Source of the DNA: Candidatus Hodarchaeota archaeon
GTDB taxonomy: Archaea; Asgardarchaeota; Lokiarchaeia; Sigyniarchaeales; SOKP01
DNA: 64,000 nucleotides
NCBI GenBank assembly: GCA_048886685.1
Contig: JBHLKM010000002.1
Span: forward strand, 199,532-263,531
Direction of reading: 5' to 3'
The notes under the pieces were generated by a model. It ran no database searches and was not told the origin of the DNA. It was given only the letters and a program-made list of their open reading frames with translations. Both the position numbers and the translations under genes were made by a program. Below, one piece after another: positions 21,792-31,852 of the stretch (positions are counted from its first letter, which is position 1; every line of letters begins with the position of its first letter).

Positions 21792-22424
21792 ATGGCCACT
21801 AAGAGGCCCTGGCATTGTTACAATCGCTGGACAAGGAGACCTTATCAGCACAAGAGATCTGCTAATCATCGAAGGGAATATGCTCGCGGAGGTTCTCAAT
21901 CTAAGATTGTACGCTACTGGGGTGGGAATAAAAGTATTGATTGGCAAGATTGGGAACTTGTTGTAGGGCTTAAAGTTGACAGACAGATTCAAATCTCTTC
22001 TAATACCCTCGAAGCAATTAGGATTACAATTAACGGTGTTCTTCAGCGTAAATTAGGAAGACAAAATTTCCGATTACGAGTACGGCCTAAACCATTTCAA
22101 AAAATTCGAGAGAATCGTATGTTAGCCTTTGCAGGTGCAGATAGAGTGCAATCAGGCATGAGAAATTCTTTTGGTCGGTCAATGGGCGTAGCTGCCAGAG
22201 TTAAGGCAGGACAAGTTATAGTCGATGTTGGAACTCACATTAGAAATCTCCCATTAGTAAGAGATCGACTTCGTGTTGCTTCCATGAAAATATCAGGTCC
22301 CTGTCAAATTGTTATTCTAAATTACAAAACTCCTGAACTTTTGAAACGATCAGGACTACCTTTGTATGATGCTAAGAAAAGAAAAGAAATACCTCTTTAT
22401 GAAATGGAATTTGCAACCACTTAA
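21792..22424 (+). CDS. rpl10e: Ribosomal protein uL16 (archaeal/eukaryotic L10e)
   Basis: RPWHCY, QISSNTLEAIRI, IRENRMLAFAGADRVQSGMRNSFG..G.AARV. Confidence 0.95.
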   Translation: MATKRPWHCYNRWTRRPYQHKRSANHRREYARGGSQSKIVRYWGGNKSIDWQDWELVVGLKVDRQIQISSNTLEAIRITINGVLQRKLGRQNFRLRVRPKPFQKIRENRMLAFAGADRVQSGMRNSFGRSMGVAARVKAGQVIVDVGTHIRNLPLVRDRLRVASMKISGPCQIVILNYKTPELLKRSGLPLYDAKKRKEIPLYEMEFATT

Positions 22425-22591
22425 AATAAAACTTTGATTAGATATGTTCTGTTTTCACCTTTTTTTTTGTTCTTTAGAAACAAATTACATTCATTTCCAC
22501 TGAATTAAATTCATGAAATTTATTATAAATTTAGGTAAGAATAAAATTCAGTCACCACAACTTTCTTATTTCAACCCAGGTGTATTCATAA

Positions 22592-22918
22592 ATGGAAGCG
22601 AATAAAAGTAAGAAAAATAGCAATAAAACTAAATCTATGGATAATATTACTGATAGTGGTGTTTTAAAAAAGAAATCAACTATTTCCACTATCCATGTAT
22701 TCGAATCTGATACACGATCAACTCCAATATTTAAAATAGCAAGGAAAAAGAGTTCAAAAAAAAATAAATTTAGAACGGGAAAAACCAAACTGCGTCTATT
22801 AGCAAATAAGGAAACAGATAAAAGTTCCTGGACTCCTGAAATGCGACTTGGATATTGTAAACATTCAATGAGAAAATTTGTCTCTCCCAGAGAATTACAA
22901 AATCCATGGGACTCTTAG
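22592..22918 (+). CDS. Hypothetical basic protein
   Basis: 108-aa Lys-rich ORF with an ATG start and a downstream T-tract. No recognisable motif. Confidence 0.45.
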   Translation: MEANKSKKNSNKTKSMDNITDSGVLKKKSTISTIHVFESDTRSTPIFKIARKKSSKKNKFRTGKTKLRLLANKETDKSSWTPEMRLGYCKHSMRKFVSPRELQNPWDS

Positions 22919-23056
22919 TTTCTTATTCTTTTTTTATTTCAATCTTCAAAAGTCTTATTAAATATACTCGTTGAATTTATAAGTTGAATTATAAACTATA
23001 ATAAATTTTGTATATTCTTAAAATTAATAAATATTAAAACAATTTGGATATTAAAC

Positions 23057-24406
23057 TTGAAAAATCTCGAGCCTTTCTTTAATCCTAAAAGCATTCTAAT
23101 AGTTGGGGCATCTAGAAAAGCCTATACATTTAGTTATACCATCCTGAAAAATCTATTAGAGATATTTTACAGGGGCAAACTGTTTATTTTAAATCCTAAT
23201 GCTGATGAGATTTTGGGGATAAAATCCTATCATTCAATAGAGCAATTACCAGAAATCCCAGAACTCGCTGTTATTGTTCTAGGTAAAGAAATACCTCATG
23301 TATTTGAGAAGTTAGCGAAATTTGGGATCAAAAATATAGCAATTGAATCTGAATTAAGGATAGACACCACCGATCCAGATTTGATTGAAAAATTGACTCG
23401 AATTAGTAAAGAATATGGAGTTTCATATATGGGGCCCTCTATGCTTGGTATCATTAATTTTATAAACAATTTTACTACTTCAATCATCCCGGTAAGACAA
23501 TATCTTATGCAAAAACATCGAAAGGTAAAAGGAGGAGTAAGTCTTATAGCTCAATCTGGGGGATTAGCTGGTGCGATGGGATGGTGGAACCCTTCACAAG
23601 ACTTGCCTATATCTAAAGTGATTCATTTAGGATATGGATTTGATATTAATGACGCTGATATACTCGATTATTTTAAAGAAGATAATACAACGAAGGTTAT
23701 TTCTCTCTTTCTTAGGGAAATTACAGAAGGAATAATTAAATCTGTGAAAGAATTAGCATCCCTTAAACCAGTATTATTCTTCTACGTTGGAAGAGAGGAA
23801 CAAAAGGAGCAGGAATTAATAAAAGCAGGTGGAATTGCTGTTACCAATTATATCGAATTATTTGAATTCGCAAAGATTTTTCTATGGTGTCCGGAACCTA
23901 AAAGTCCTAATCTAGGCATTATAGGACCAAGTTCGGGTGCCATCTATCTTATTATTAAAGAAATGCGGAAACAAGGTTTATCTTTAGCGAAACTAACTAA
24001 TGATCATAAAAATATAATTCTTGAGAAGGTTGGAGGATCTACTTGTGATTTAGGAAATCCGGTTGATTACTGGCCTCCTGAAAGGTTTGTAGGTACTAAG
24101 ATTTGTGAAATTTATAACACTTCTTCTAAAATATTATTAAATGATGATGCTGTTGACGGTTTAATTTTAGCTTTAGAATTTTTTACAGAAATTGAGTTTG
24201 ATTTTAATATTTTTAAGAATATAAAAAATTCAAATCCAGATAAACCAATTATTACTATCTTAATTCAAGCGGAACATGAAGGAGTAAAAAGAGTTATTAA
24301 AACTGCCTCAGAATTAAAAATACCTGTATTCGAAAACGAAGTTGAACGAGCAGTAAGAGGATTTAAAATACTCTATGAATGGTATTCAAAAATAAAAAGG
24401 AAATAA
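23057..24406 (+). CDS. Acyl-CoA synthetase (NDP-forming) alpha-subunit-like CoA-binding protein, catalytic His loop missing
   Basis: FFNPKSILIVGAS, GPS.LG, IAQSGG and NPVD are present. The SHTG segment is absent. Confidence 0.8.
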   Translation: MKNLEPFFNPKSILIVGASRKAYTFSYTILKNLLEIFYRGKLFILNPNADEILGIKSYHSIEQLPEIPELAVIVLGKEIPHVFEKLAKFGIKNIAIESELRIDTTDPDLIEKLTRISKEYGVSYMGPSMLGIINFINNFTTSIIPVRQYLMQKHRKVKGGVSLIAQSGGLAGAMGWWNPSQDLPISKVIHLGYGFDINDADILDYFKEDNTTKVISLFLREITEGIIKSVKELASLKPVLFFYVGREEQKEQELIKAGGIAVTNYIELFEFAKIFLWCPEPKSPNLGIIGPSSGAIYLIIKEMRKQGLSLAKLTNDHKNIILEKVGGSTCDLGNPVDYWPPERFVGTKICEIYNTSSKILLNDDAVDGLILALEFFTEIEFDFNIFKNIKNSNPDKPIITILIQAEHEGVKRVIKTASELKIPVFENEVERAVRGFKILYEWYSKIKRK

Positions 24407-24416
24407 AAATTATTCT

Positions 24417-25664
24417 TTAGAAAATATCTTTAAATTCTTCCGGAATTTCTGTGGATTCATCCATAAGTGAAAGGGCATAAACAGATTCTTCACATTTGCA
24501 CTTCTTTGCTTCAAACAAATAAAATTTAAACTGATTTCTCCAATTACAGATTTGAACATTATCAATTTCAGCAATTTCGCCACAAACACAGTAAATTGCC
24601 ATTGTTTCTGAATAATTGGGGATGATAGTCTTAAAATCATTAGGAGCTTTACTAAACTCACACTCATTTAAGAGCTTATTAATTTTGTCAGCAAATAAAT
24701 CTTTAAGTGTAGGAACAAAATATTCAATAACTCCATCTTTCCCTTTCATTTCTGTAAGGGCGACGAAATTTTTTTCAGGTTTTTGCGCTTTTTTCCCAGG
24801 AATTATTGGTTGTTGATATTGTTGTAGGTTCTCTGGTATCGGGAATGGTTCCATTCCTGGAGGATATTCAAACGTGAAAAAGTATTGCATAAACCCTCGA
24901 ACAGCTCTCTGGTTTATTAGGTTCAAATTTTCATAATCTCTACTGAAAAGTGTAAATTTGATTAATTGAAGAGGTACTTCTAATTCCAACAGTCGAGATC
25001 TAATATTGTTCAATAGCTCTCTAGCAAAACTTTTTAAGACCATTATATCATCTCGGGTTTCTACATAGATCTCATTCTTGTTTTCTTCTTTAAATAGGAA
25101 CCATTTTTTTACTACGCTTCCTCTTATTAATTGAGGCATTAAGCATATAAAACACAAGATAGGAAAGAAGATAAAGTAAAGGTTAGCAAAAATAGGGAAA
25201 ATTGTTAACACTGTTAGCAAAGCAAATAATGGTAATGTAATATATAAAGATAATCTTCGTAAACGTTTATTTACATTAGATTTGATACCTTTACTCGCAG
25301 CTATTGATTCTGTTTTATTCTTAACATTTTGGATTATACCAATTATATTTTTTGAATCAAATGATTGTTTTAATAATTTTTCTTCCTCTCTCTCCAGTTG
25401 TAGTGAGTTCATATATGTCGTCATTCGTTCCAGGTTTTGTTCCACGATACGATCCTTAAAAATAAATTCTAATGTATCTTCAGAAAAGAAATCAAGAAAG
25501 CGAACTATGAAAAGTTTTTTCTCAACCTCTTCGATGTCCTTGGGATTTAAACCTAAGGCTTCTTGAACAATTTGACCTTGTGTCCTTTTTCTAGGCTTCT
25601 CACTCTGACGCCTCTTCTTCAAATTCTCTTCTTTGTTATTCTCCTCGTTTTCAAGTTCATTCAT
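24417..25664 (-). CDS. Hypothetical membrane protein (2 TM) with C-terminal Cys cluster
   Basis: Hydrophobic hairpin at about aa 140-180. C-terminal CVCG...C...CKC. Confidence 0.65.
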   Translation of the reverse strand: MNELENEENNKEENLKKRRQSEKPRKRTQGQIVQEALGLNPKDIEEVEKKLFIVRFLDFFSEDTLEFIFKDRIVEQNLERMTTYMNSLQLEREEEKLLKQSFDSKNIIGIIQNVKNKTESIAASKGIKSNVNKRLRRLSLYITLPLFALLTVLTIFPIFANLYFIFFPILCFICLMPQLIRGSVVKKWFLFKEENKNEIYVETRDDIMVLKSFARELLNNIRSRLLELEVPLQLIKFTLFSRDYENLNLINQRAVRGFMQYFFTFEYPPGMEPFPIPENLQQYQQPIIPGKKAQKPEKNFVALTEMKGKDGVIEYFVPTLKDLFADKINKLLNECEFSKAPNDFKTIIPNYSETMAIYCVCGEIAEIDNVQICNWRNQFKFYLFEAKKCKCEESVYALSLMDESTEIPEEFKDIF

Positions 25665-25928
25665 AATTTTTACAAAATTTCAATTTTATAATATAATGTA
25701 TGTAATAAATTACAGATAATTAACTTTTTTAAAATATTTTAGAAATAAGGATCTTTGCTAATATATTCTAAAATATTACTACCACTTTGGTAATAAAATA
25801 AAATCATCCCTTTCTTCTATGTAGTAAAAATATTTTGAGTAAAGATTAATAAAATATAAAAACAACTCTTTAAAAGATAGTTATTCTTTTTCATATTAAA
25901 GAATATAAAATAGTTAAGTGTAGAGATT

Positions 25929-26159
25929 ATGGATAAAGAAAAAATTAAAACTGTAATTGAAAAAATTCGACCACAACTCCAGATGGACGGTGGAGACGTT
26001 GAATTGGTTGATATTTCTGACGATGGAATCGTTAAAGTTCGACTAATGGGACATTGTGCGGGATGTCCAATGTCTCAGCAAACAGTAAAATTCGGAATTG
26101 AACGCGCCTTAAAAACACACATCCCAGAAGTTAAAGAAGTCGTCAGTGTTCCATTTTAA
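25929..26159 (+). CDS. Nfu/NifU C-terminal domain Fe-S carrier
   Basis: IRPQLQMDGGDVELV and GHCAGCPMS. Confidence 0.93.
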   Translation: MDKEKIKTVIEKIRPQLQMDGGDVELVDISDDGIVKVRLMGHCAGCPMSQQTVKFGIERALKTHIPEVKEVVSVPF

Positions 26160-26240
26160 AGAATTTTAAATAATTCTTTTTTATTTTCTCCTTTTTTAAT
26201 TATAGTTAAAGAAACTTAAAAATACAGTTCATGAATAATC

Positions 26241-26633
26241 ATGAATCATGAAGATTTCCTTGAAAAATTGAATAGCGCACGGGAGTTAATGTCTCAAGAG
26301 AAGTATTTTGAAGCAATAAAAATTCTGGATAACTTGAAAAATATAGAAAAAATCAGTGGAATCGACTACAACTACAATTTAATACATCAACTATATCAAT
26401 TAGATTCTAACTGTAATTCAGCTTTTAATCAACAAATAATTCTCGAACAAATTAGAAAACTTTCAAGTAAAAAGACATCGATATCTTTTAAGGAGCTTAA
26501 TCTAGTATTAAGAGAGAAAAGTGAAGTAAATATTAATGAAGAAATTTTAAAAAGGGAAATTGAACTACTAATTTTAAGGAATCTTTTGAAGTGTGAATTA
26601 AAAGGAAACCAGCTTATCTTTTCTTCCCCTTGA
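26241..26633 (+). CDS. Hypothetical protein: helical hairpin plus PCI-like winged helix
   Basis: C-terminal SISFKEL...EIELLILRNLLKCELKGNQLIF resembles the PCI winged-helix pattern by eye. Confidence 0.55.
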   Translation: MNHEDFLEKLNSARELMSQEKYFEAIKILDNLKNIEKISGIDYNYNLIHQLYQLDSNCNSAFNQQIILEQIRKLSSKKTSISFKELNLVLREKSEVNINEEILKREIELLILRNLLKCELKGNQLIFSSP

Positions 26634-26746
26634 TTGAAATCACATGAAAATAGTTTTCTCTTAATTATAAATAAACTAAAAAAACCTCGGTTTTTAAAAA
26701 GCTATTTTTAAAGTTGAAAGTAAACATGTTTTAAGTTGAGCTATAC

Positions 26747-27340
26747 TTGATTATTGACCATGTTGATAAAACAATAAGTATTAAAATAGTTTATTTTGGA
26801 CCAGCACTCTCAGGGAAGACTACCTCAATTAAGACCTTATTCTCTCATTTTGGGAAAGAAGATAAGATCCTTAGTATAGAAAGTACAATAAATCGAACTT
26901 TATTTTTTGATTACGGTATAGTTTCTTTTCAGAACCAGGATTGGATTCTTAAAATTAGTGTCTATACAACAACCGGTCAAAATTTCTACTTAATAACTAG
27001 ACCAATTACTTTAAAAGCGGTCGATGGTATTATATTCGTCCTTGACTCGCAAAGAGATGTCTATGAACGTAATATGATTTCATGGAGGGAATTAATCTCT
27101 TATTTTGGGGATTCACTGGATGAATTACCAATTTTAGTTGCTTTTAATAAACAAGATTTACCAAATAAATTTACCTCAACACGATTCCTAAAAGACATTG
27201 ATTTTCATAAATATCGTAATATAGACTCAAGGTATACTATTGCTATAAGCGGAGAAGGTGTTTTGGAATGTTTCGAAGATATTTTAAGATTAATACTGAA
27301 AAAATATTACGATCATAAATTAATTTCTGCGATAAATTAA
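26747..27340 (+). CDS. MglA-like small GTPase
   Basis: IKIVYFGPALSGKTT, RTLFFDYG, TTTGQ, DGIIFVLDS, NKQD. Confidence 0.88.
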   Translation: MIIDHVDKTISIKIVYFGPALSGKTTSIKTLFSHFGKEDKILSIESTINRTLFFDYGIVSFQNQDWILKISVYTTTGQNFYLITRPITLKAVDGIIFVLDSQRDVYERNMISWRELISYFGDSLDELPILVAFNKQDLPNKFTSTRFLKDIDFHKYRNIDSRYTIAISGEGVLECFEDILRLILKKYYDHKLISAIN

Positions 27341-27358
27341 TCTATTTTATTAAAATTT

Positions 27359-28573
27359 TTAGAAAAAGCTTGTAGTTGACACAGGTGATTGAATTCTAAT
27401 ACTCTGTTGGGTATTGTCTTCAATTATTGAAATAAGAGCTGAGATATCTTGTTTTATCTCATAAACTATTTCTTTCTCTTCACCTTTTTCCCAAGTATTA
27501 AATCCAGTTAAGTTTGGTGATGTTTCAAATAATCCCTCCTGTAATCCTAATACCTTAACTGTTACTCCATGAAGAACCTCTTTAGAGATATTTTTAATCT
27601 TTAATTTATATTTATCGATGTCAGAATCAATCGAAATTACCTTATAGGTTTTTTGAAACTTGGAAGAAACACCCTCAAATAAAGATGATGCTCCAGCAGT
27701 TCCACTAGCAAACAAATCCACCCCTACCTTTTCTTCAACCAAAGGAGTAGACGCTATATATATAGGGACTTCAAACTTTATCGGTTCCATGCCATATTCT
27801 GGTTTCTTTTTTCCAATGAATAATAGTTTCCATTGTGTATACGCTCCGTATCTAAAACCGAATTGTTCTTTTTCGGAGGGGGAATAAATAAAATTATAGG
27901 ATGGTTCAGCAATCTCGGGAACTTTCAGTAATAGAAATTCTTTTTCAAAATTTGTGGTTCGAACATCTCCAGCGATAGCAGGAGGTAATTCATCAACTTT
28001 GCTACAAGTTTGTCCATATGCCTCGCAATAGCAAACAATATTTGCATCTTGCAATAACCTTACTTCAAAATCTTTCAGTTCTTCTGAAGAAAAGTTAATT
28101 TTAATCGTTTCTCCAGGTTTAAATACATCCTTACTTAGCAAAATATTTAATCCTGATATAGAAAATGAGATCGGTTTTGGAATTTTTGCTTGGAAGCCGG
28201 AATCTTTTGCTTTTATCTCTATATCATGAGATTTATTAATTACTAAATCATCTTCTGGGTTGAGAGGATTAGGTTGTCTTAATATCAATTTTAAATAATA
28301 ATTTAATTTTCTGTTTTTAATAGTCGGTACAACGTTAGTTTTAATTAAAATAGATTTCTCTCTAATATATTCTCCTGCTTCAAAGCTTCCTTTTGAAAAT
28401 ATTTCTTCTTTTGAGACTTGTACTTCTTTTTGGCAAGGAGGATTTGTAATTAATCTAATGCCACTCCATAAAATATCAGTGTCTTCTTCAAAATTGAATT
28501 GAGTTCTGATATTTAATTTGTCCCCAATAAATACGGACCCATTATTCAAATCAGTTAACTGTAAATTTACCAA
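27359..28573 (-). CDS. Arrestin/Vps26/SpoOM-like beta-sandwich protein with an extra C-terminal domain
   Basis: Arrestin-N-like pattern (VFIGD.L...GIRL...FEAGEY....I...VVPT.....YYLKLILRQP) and arrestin-C-like pattern (LNILLSKDVFKPGETIKI). The fold assignment is by eye. Confidence 0.6.
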   Translation of the reverse strand: MVNLQLTDLNNGSVFIGDKLNIRTQFNFEEDTDILWSGIRLITNPPCQKEVQVSKEEIFSKGSFEAGEYIREKSILIKTNVVPTIKNRKLNYYLKLILRQPNPLNPEDDLVINKSHDIEIKAKDSGFQAKIPKPISFSISGLNILLSKDVFKPGETIKINFSSEELKDFEVRLLQDANIVCYCEAYGQTCSKVDELPPAIAGDVRTTNFEKEFLLLKVPEIAEPSYNFIYSPSEKEQFGFRYGAYTQWKLLFIGKKKPEYGMEPIKFEVPIYIASTPLVEEKVGVDLFASGTAGASSLFEGVSSKFQKTYKVISIDSDIDKYKLKIKNISKEVLHGVTVKVLGLQEGLFETSPNLTGFNTWEKGEEKEIVYEIKQDISALISIIEDNTQQSIRIQSPVSTTSFF

Positions 28574-28906
28574 GTCTAAAAAGATTTTAAGTAATTTTTT
28601 ATATTAATTTTATAAAAAGATAGATTTTTATAAAAACTTTTTATTATCATTTGTTAAGATTTGACGATATAAGTAAATCCTTTTTTCATTTAGGATTTTT
28701 AACCAAATTTGTGAACTTTTCTATCTATTTTCGTCAATTGCATACTTCTACAAATTGATTTTTTTAGATAACTATAATGTAAATAGGTTAACTTCCTATT
28801 TAGAATTAATATAACAAAAGATCATTTGATATTATTAGATAGTGAAGTGGTCTTCAAAAATGCACTAATTAAATAGATTTTATTTAAGGGAAAACAAAAT
28901 TTAGTG

Positions 28907-29092
28907 TCATTCTTCTTTAGTAACTTCAGCAACTTTCTAAGTATACTGAACTTTACTCATGTTATAAATTGGATACCGATTTTCTATTAATATTTTAGCT
29001 AAGCATTTGGCACATTAATATACTTCTTTAGCTCTATCCGTAAAAAAGTACATAAACAAATTCTCTTATTTTAAACAGCCCTCACATCTCAT
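28907..29092 (-). pseudogene. Degraded small zinc-finger gene (CxxC...CxxC)
   Basis: Reads MRCEGCLK*ENLFMYFFTDRAKEVY*CAKCLAKILIENRYPIYNMSKVQYT*KVAEVTKEE* in one frame, with three internal stops (TAA, TAA, TAG). Confidence 0.4.
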
Positions 29093-29294
29093 ATAATCAT
29101 TTTACCTTATAATTAAACTGAATAAAGACTTTTTGATTAAATTCTCAATAAACGAGTGTCTAAATTTTACTTCAAGATTTATTACATAAAAGTTAAGATT
29201 AAATACAAATTCTATTATATTTTTCTTTAAAATAACTTAATTTAAATCTGTTCAAATTTTATATTTACACTAATCTATTAGGTGATGATATTAC

Positions 29295-30143
29295 ATGCAT
29301 GAGCTTATATACTTCAGTATGTTTTTATTAACATTAATAAGAGTAATTGGATTTATTGTCTCTGTGAATTTTTACTACGAATCAAAATCTTATACATACA
29401 TTTATTTTACTATTGGTTGGTGTCTTTGGATTCTAGCAGGGATTGTTGCCTTACTTTCTGCCGTTGTTAAAAATCAAGTACAAGAAGATGTTTTTCTTTT
29501 GATTAATTATATTCTGGGACCTCTAGCAATATTTTTTTTAGGATCTGGCCTAAGCTCCTATTATATTAATATCTCTTCTAATAAAATTAAATTAATCTCT
29601 GCGGTTCTATTAATTTTTCCATTAATCATTAATTTCTCTTTGGGAATGAATCCTGTCGCTATATATGCCCGGATCTTTCAGTTTTTTGGAATAATCCAAA
29701 TGTTTTCATTACCTTTTTTAAAGTATAATACTTTTAAGGAAAAGATTGGAAAAAGCATTAGATGGTATTATCTGACTTGCCTTTCAATAATTCTCTATAT
29801 ACCATTAGCAATTTTAAGCATGTTAATTTCTTTAAATTCTGGCTCATTTCAAAGTCAAGATATTACTATGATCGTTGGAGCTTATACCTCCATTATTATA
29901 ATGACTATTTTAGTGATAGCTTTTATAATTCATTTAGAATACACTATATCTAATAAACAACAGAATCAATTGAAAGATAAATATTCTCACAACTTGGGCA
30001 ATATCATGCAAGTAATTTATAGTTCTGCCGATCTTTTTAAAAGGATTACCAAGTTAGATAAAATTGATAAAGATAAATTGGATTTAATTGAAAGAAAATG
30101 TAAAGAAGCTTCCGAGTTAATTAAGGAGATAAGAAAAATTTAA
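29295..30143 (+). CDS. 7TM membrane protein with C-terminal HisKA-like (H-box) helices and no HATPase domain
   Basis: Seven hydrophobic segments, then KDKYSHNLGNIMQVIYSS. SD AGGTGA upstream. Confidence 0.7.
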   Translation: MHELIYFSMFLLTLIRVIGFIVSVNFYYESKSYTYIYFTIGWCLWILAGIVALLSAVVKNQVQEDVFLLINYILGPLAIFFLGSGLSSYYINISSNKIKLISAVLLIFPLIINFSLGMNPVAIYARIFQFFGIIQMFSLPFLKYNTFKEKIGKSIRWYYLTCLSIILYIPLAILSMLISLNSGSFQSQDITMIVGAYTSIIIMTILVIAFIIHLEYTISNKQQNQLKDKYSHNLGNIMQVIYSSADLFKRITKLDKIDKDKLDLIERKCKEASELIKEIRKI

Positions 30144-30172
30144 GATACATCATCTCAATAAAAATTAATGGT

Positions 30173-30559
30173 GTGAAAATAATAGCTAAAATCTTAATAG
30201 TTGACGATGATAGAGATATCATGGATCTTTTTGAACAATTCTTGACTCTGGGGGGACATAATATTGCAGCTAGGGCTTTTAATGGTGTGGAAGCAATTAA
30301 TATTTTCAAAAATCTGCAAAATAAACCAGATATTGTTATAATGGACCACCGAATGCCCTTAAAGAATGGACTAGAAACTACAAAGGAACTAATAAAAATA
30401 AATCCTGAAAGCAAGATAATTTTTGTAAGTGCGGATTATACGGTAAGAAATGAAGCTTTTGAAGTAGGTGCTATTGATTTTTTAGAGAAACCTATAGATT
30501 TTAATACTTTGAATGCTATGATTGAGAAATATTCTTCAATCAAAAATGAAGCTATTTAA
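30173..30559 (+). CDS. Stand-alone response regulator receiver protein
   Basis: ILIVDDD, PDIVIMDHRMP..NG, IIFVSA, FLEKP. Confidence 0.92.
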   Translation: MKIIAKILIVDDDRDIMDLFEQFLTLGGHNIAARAFNGVEAINIFKNLQNKPDIVIMDHRMPLKNGLETTKELIKINPESKIIFVSADYTVRNEAFEVGAIDFLEKPIDFNTLNAMIEKYSSIKNEAI

Positions 30560-31145
30560 TATTAGCTTTGGTTTTTATAATTTGATTTATTTCTGCATAC
30601 CTAAAACAATCACTTATATGATCATTTGTCAATCCTACTGCCTGCATAAAACTATAAATAATAGTTGGACCAACAAATTTGAATCCTCGCTTCTTTAGAT
30701 CTTTACTAATCAACTCCGATTGTTCTGTTTTAGAGGGCAATTCTTTTAAAGTTTTAAATCTATTAATTATAGGCTTATCATCAACGAATTTCCATATATA
30801 ATTACTGAAAGAACCAAACTCATCTTGAATTTTTAACAAAGCCTGAGCATTAGCAATTGCAGCCTCAATTTTAAGCTTGTTTCTTATAATGCCTGCATTA
30901 TTAAGTAATTCTTCTACTTTTTTCTCATTGAATTTTGCTATTTTTTTATAATCAAATTCATCAAAGGCTCTTCTGAAATTTTCACGCTTTTGCAGAATTG
31001 TATTCCAACTTAAACCTGCTTGAGCTCCTTCCAATATTAAGAACTCAAAAAGAATTTGATCATCGTGAACTGGTGTTCCCCATTCTTTATCATGATACTC
31101 TTTCATAAGATCGTTATAATTAGCCCAACTACACCTAATTACCAT
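30552..31145 (-). CDS. tag: DNA-3-methyladenine glycosylase I
   Basis: RCSW, YHDKEWG.P, LEGAQAGLSW, IIRNKLKI, GFKFVGPT, NDH..C. Confidence 0.95.
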   Translation of the reverse strand: MVIRCSWANYNDLMKEYHDKEWGTPVHDDQILFEFLILEGAQAGLSWNTILQKRENFRRAFDEFDYKKIAKFNEKKVEELLNNAGIIRNKLKIEAAIANAQALLKIQDEFGSFSNYIWKFVDDKPIINRFKTLKELPSKTEQSELISKDLKKRGFKFVGPTIIYSFMQAVGLTNDHISDCFRYAEINQIIKTKANIK

Positions 31146-31287
31146 TATAAACCTTCTTCCAATAAAATTAGAATTTTAGCTATTAAAAGTCATAATTTCA
31201 ATAATGACTATTAAATAATTTTATTAAGATTTACATAAAAAAAAAGAATTTATTTTATTATATGATAATAAAAGATTCATATTTTAA

Positions 31288-31665
31288 TCAACCTTTATCT
31301 TTACGTAATGCCCAGAATGTCCAAATTGCCGCTGCGAGATCGATAGCACCAAAAACAATTATAAGAGCACTCACCAAGTCCAATATGACAAAAAAAATCA
31401 AGATTACAATGACCAACGCTCGTGTATGTACAGTCCACATAAAAAATTTTGTCATTCCTTCTTCATCAAGAGAGGCTCGGAGATAATAATAAGTTAAAAT
31501 TAATAAAGCGACTCCAAGAACACGGGAAGCAATATCAGGATCTGTTGGAACTGTTACTATTGTAAAAATTATTTCTGGAAAGAATAAAAATGTTATTCCT
31601 AAAAATAACACATATATACCGAATATGAAGAGAGATAAAGCAGCTCTACTCATTTCTTTAAACAT
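31288..31665 (-). CDS. Hypothetical 4-TM membrane protein
   Basis: Four hydrophobic segments. SD-like GGGTGA upstream on the minus strand. Confidence 0.7.
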   Translation of the reverse strand: MFKEMSRAALSLFIFGIYVLFLGITFLFFPEIIFTIVTVPTDPDIASRVLGVALLILTYYYLRASLDEEGMTKFFMWTVHTRALVIVILIFFVILDLVSALIIVFGAIDLAAAIWTFWALRKDKG

Positions 31666-31852
31666 TTATAGTTTCACCCTTTATTTATTGTTGTTTACAG
31701 TAATCATATGGTTCAAAATGGATTTCATTTACAAAAACGTAAATTTCCTTCTTTTATTAATTTATCTATAAAATAAAAAACAGATTAGTATTGTGTTGAA
31801 ACTTAAAAAAATAGAGAAAGAGTAAAAAATGTATTTGTTTGTTTGATTTATC

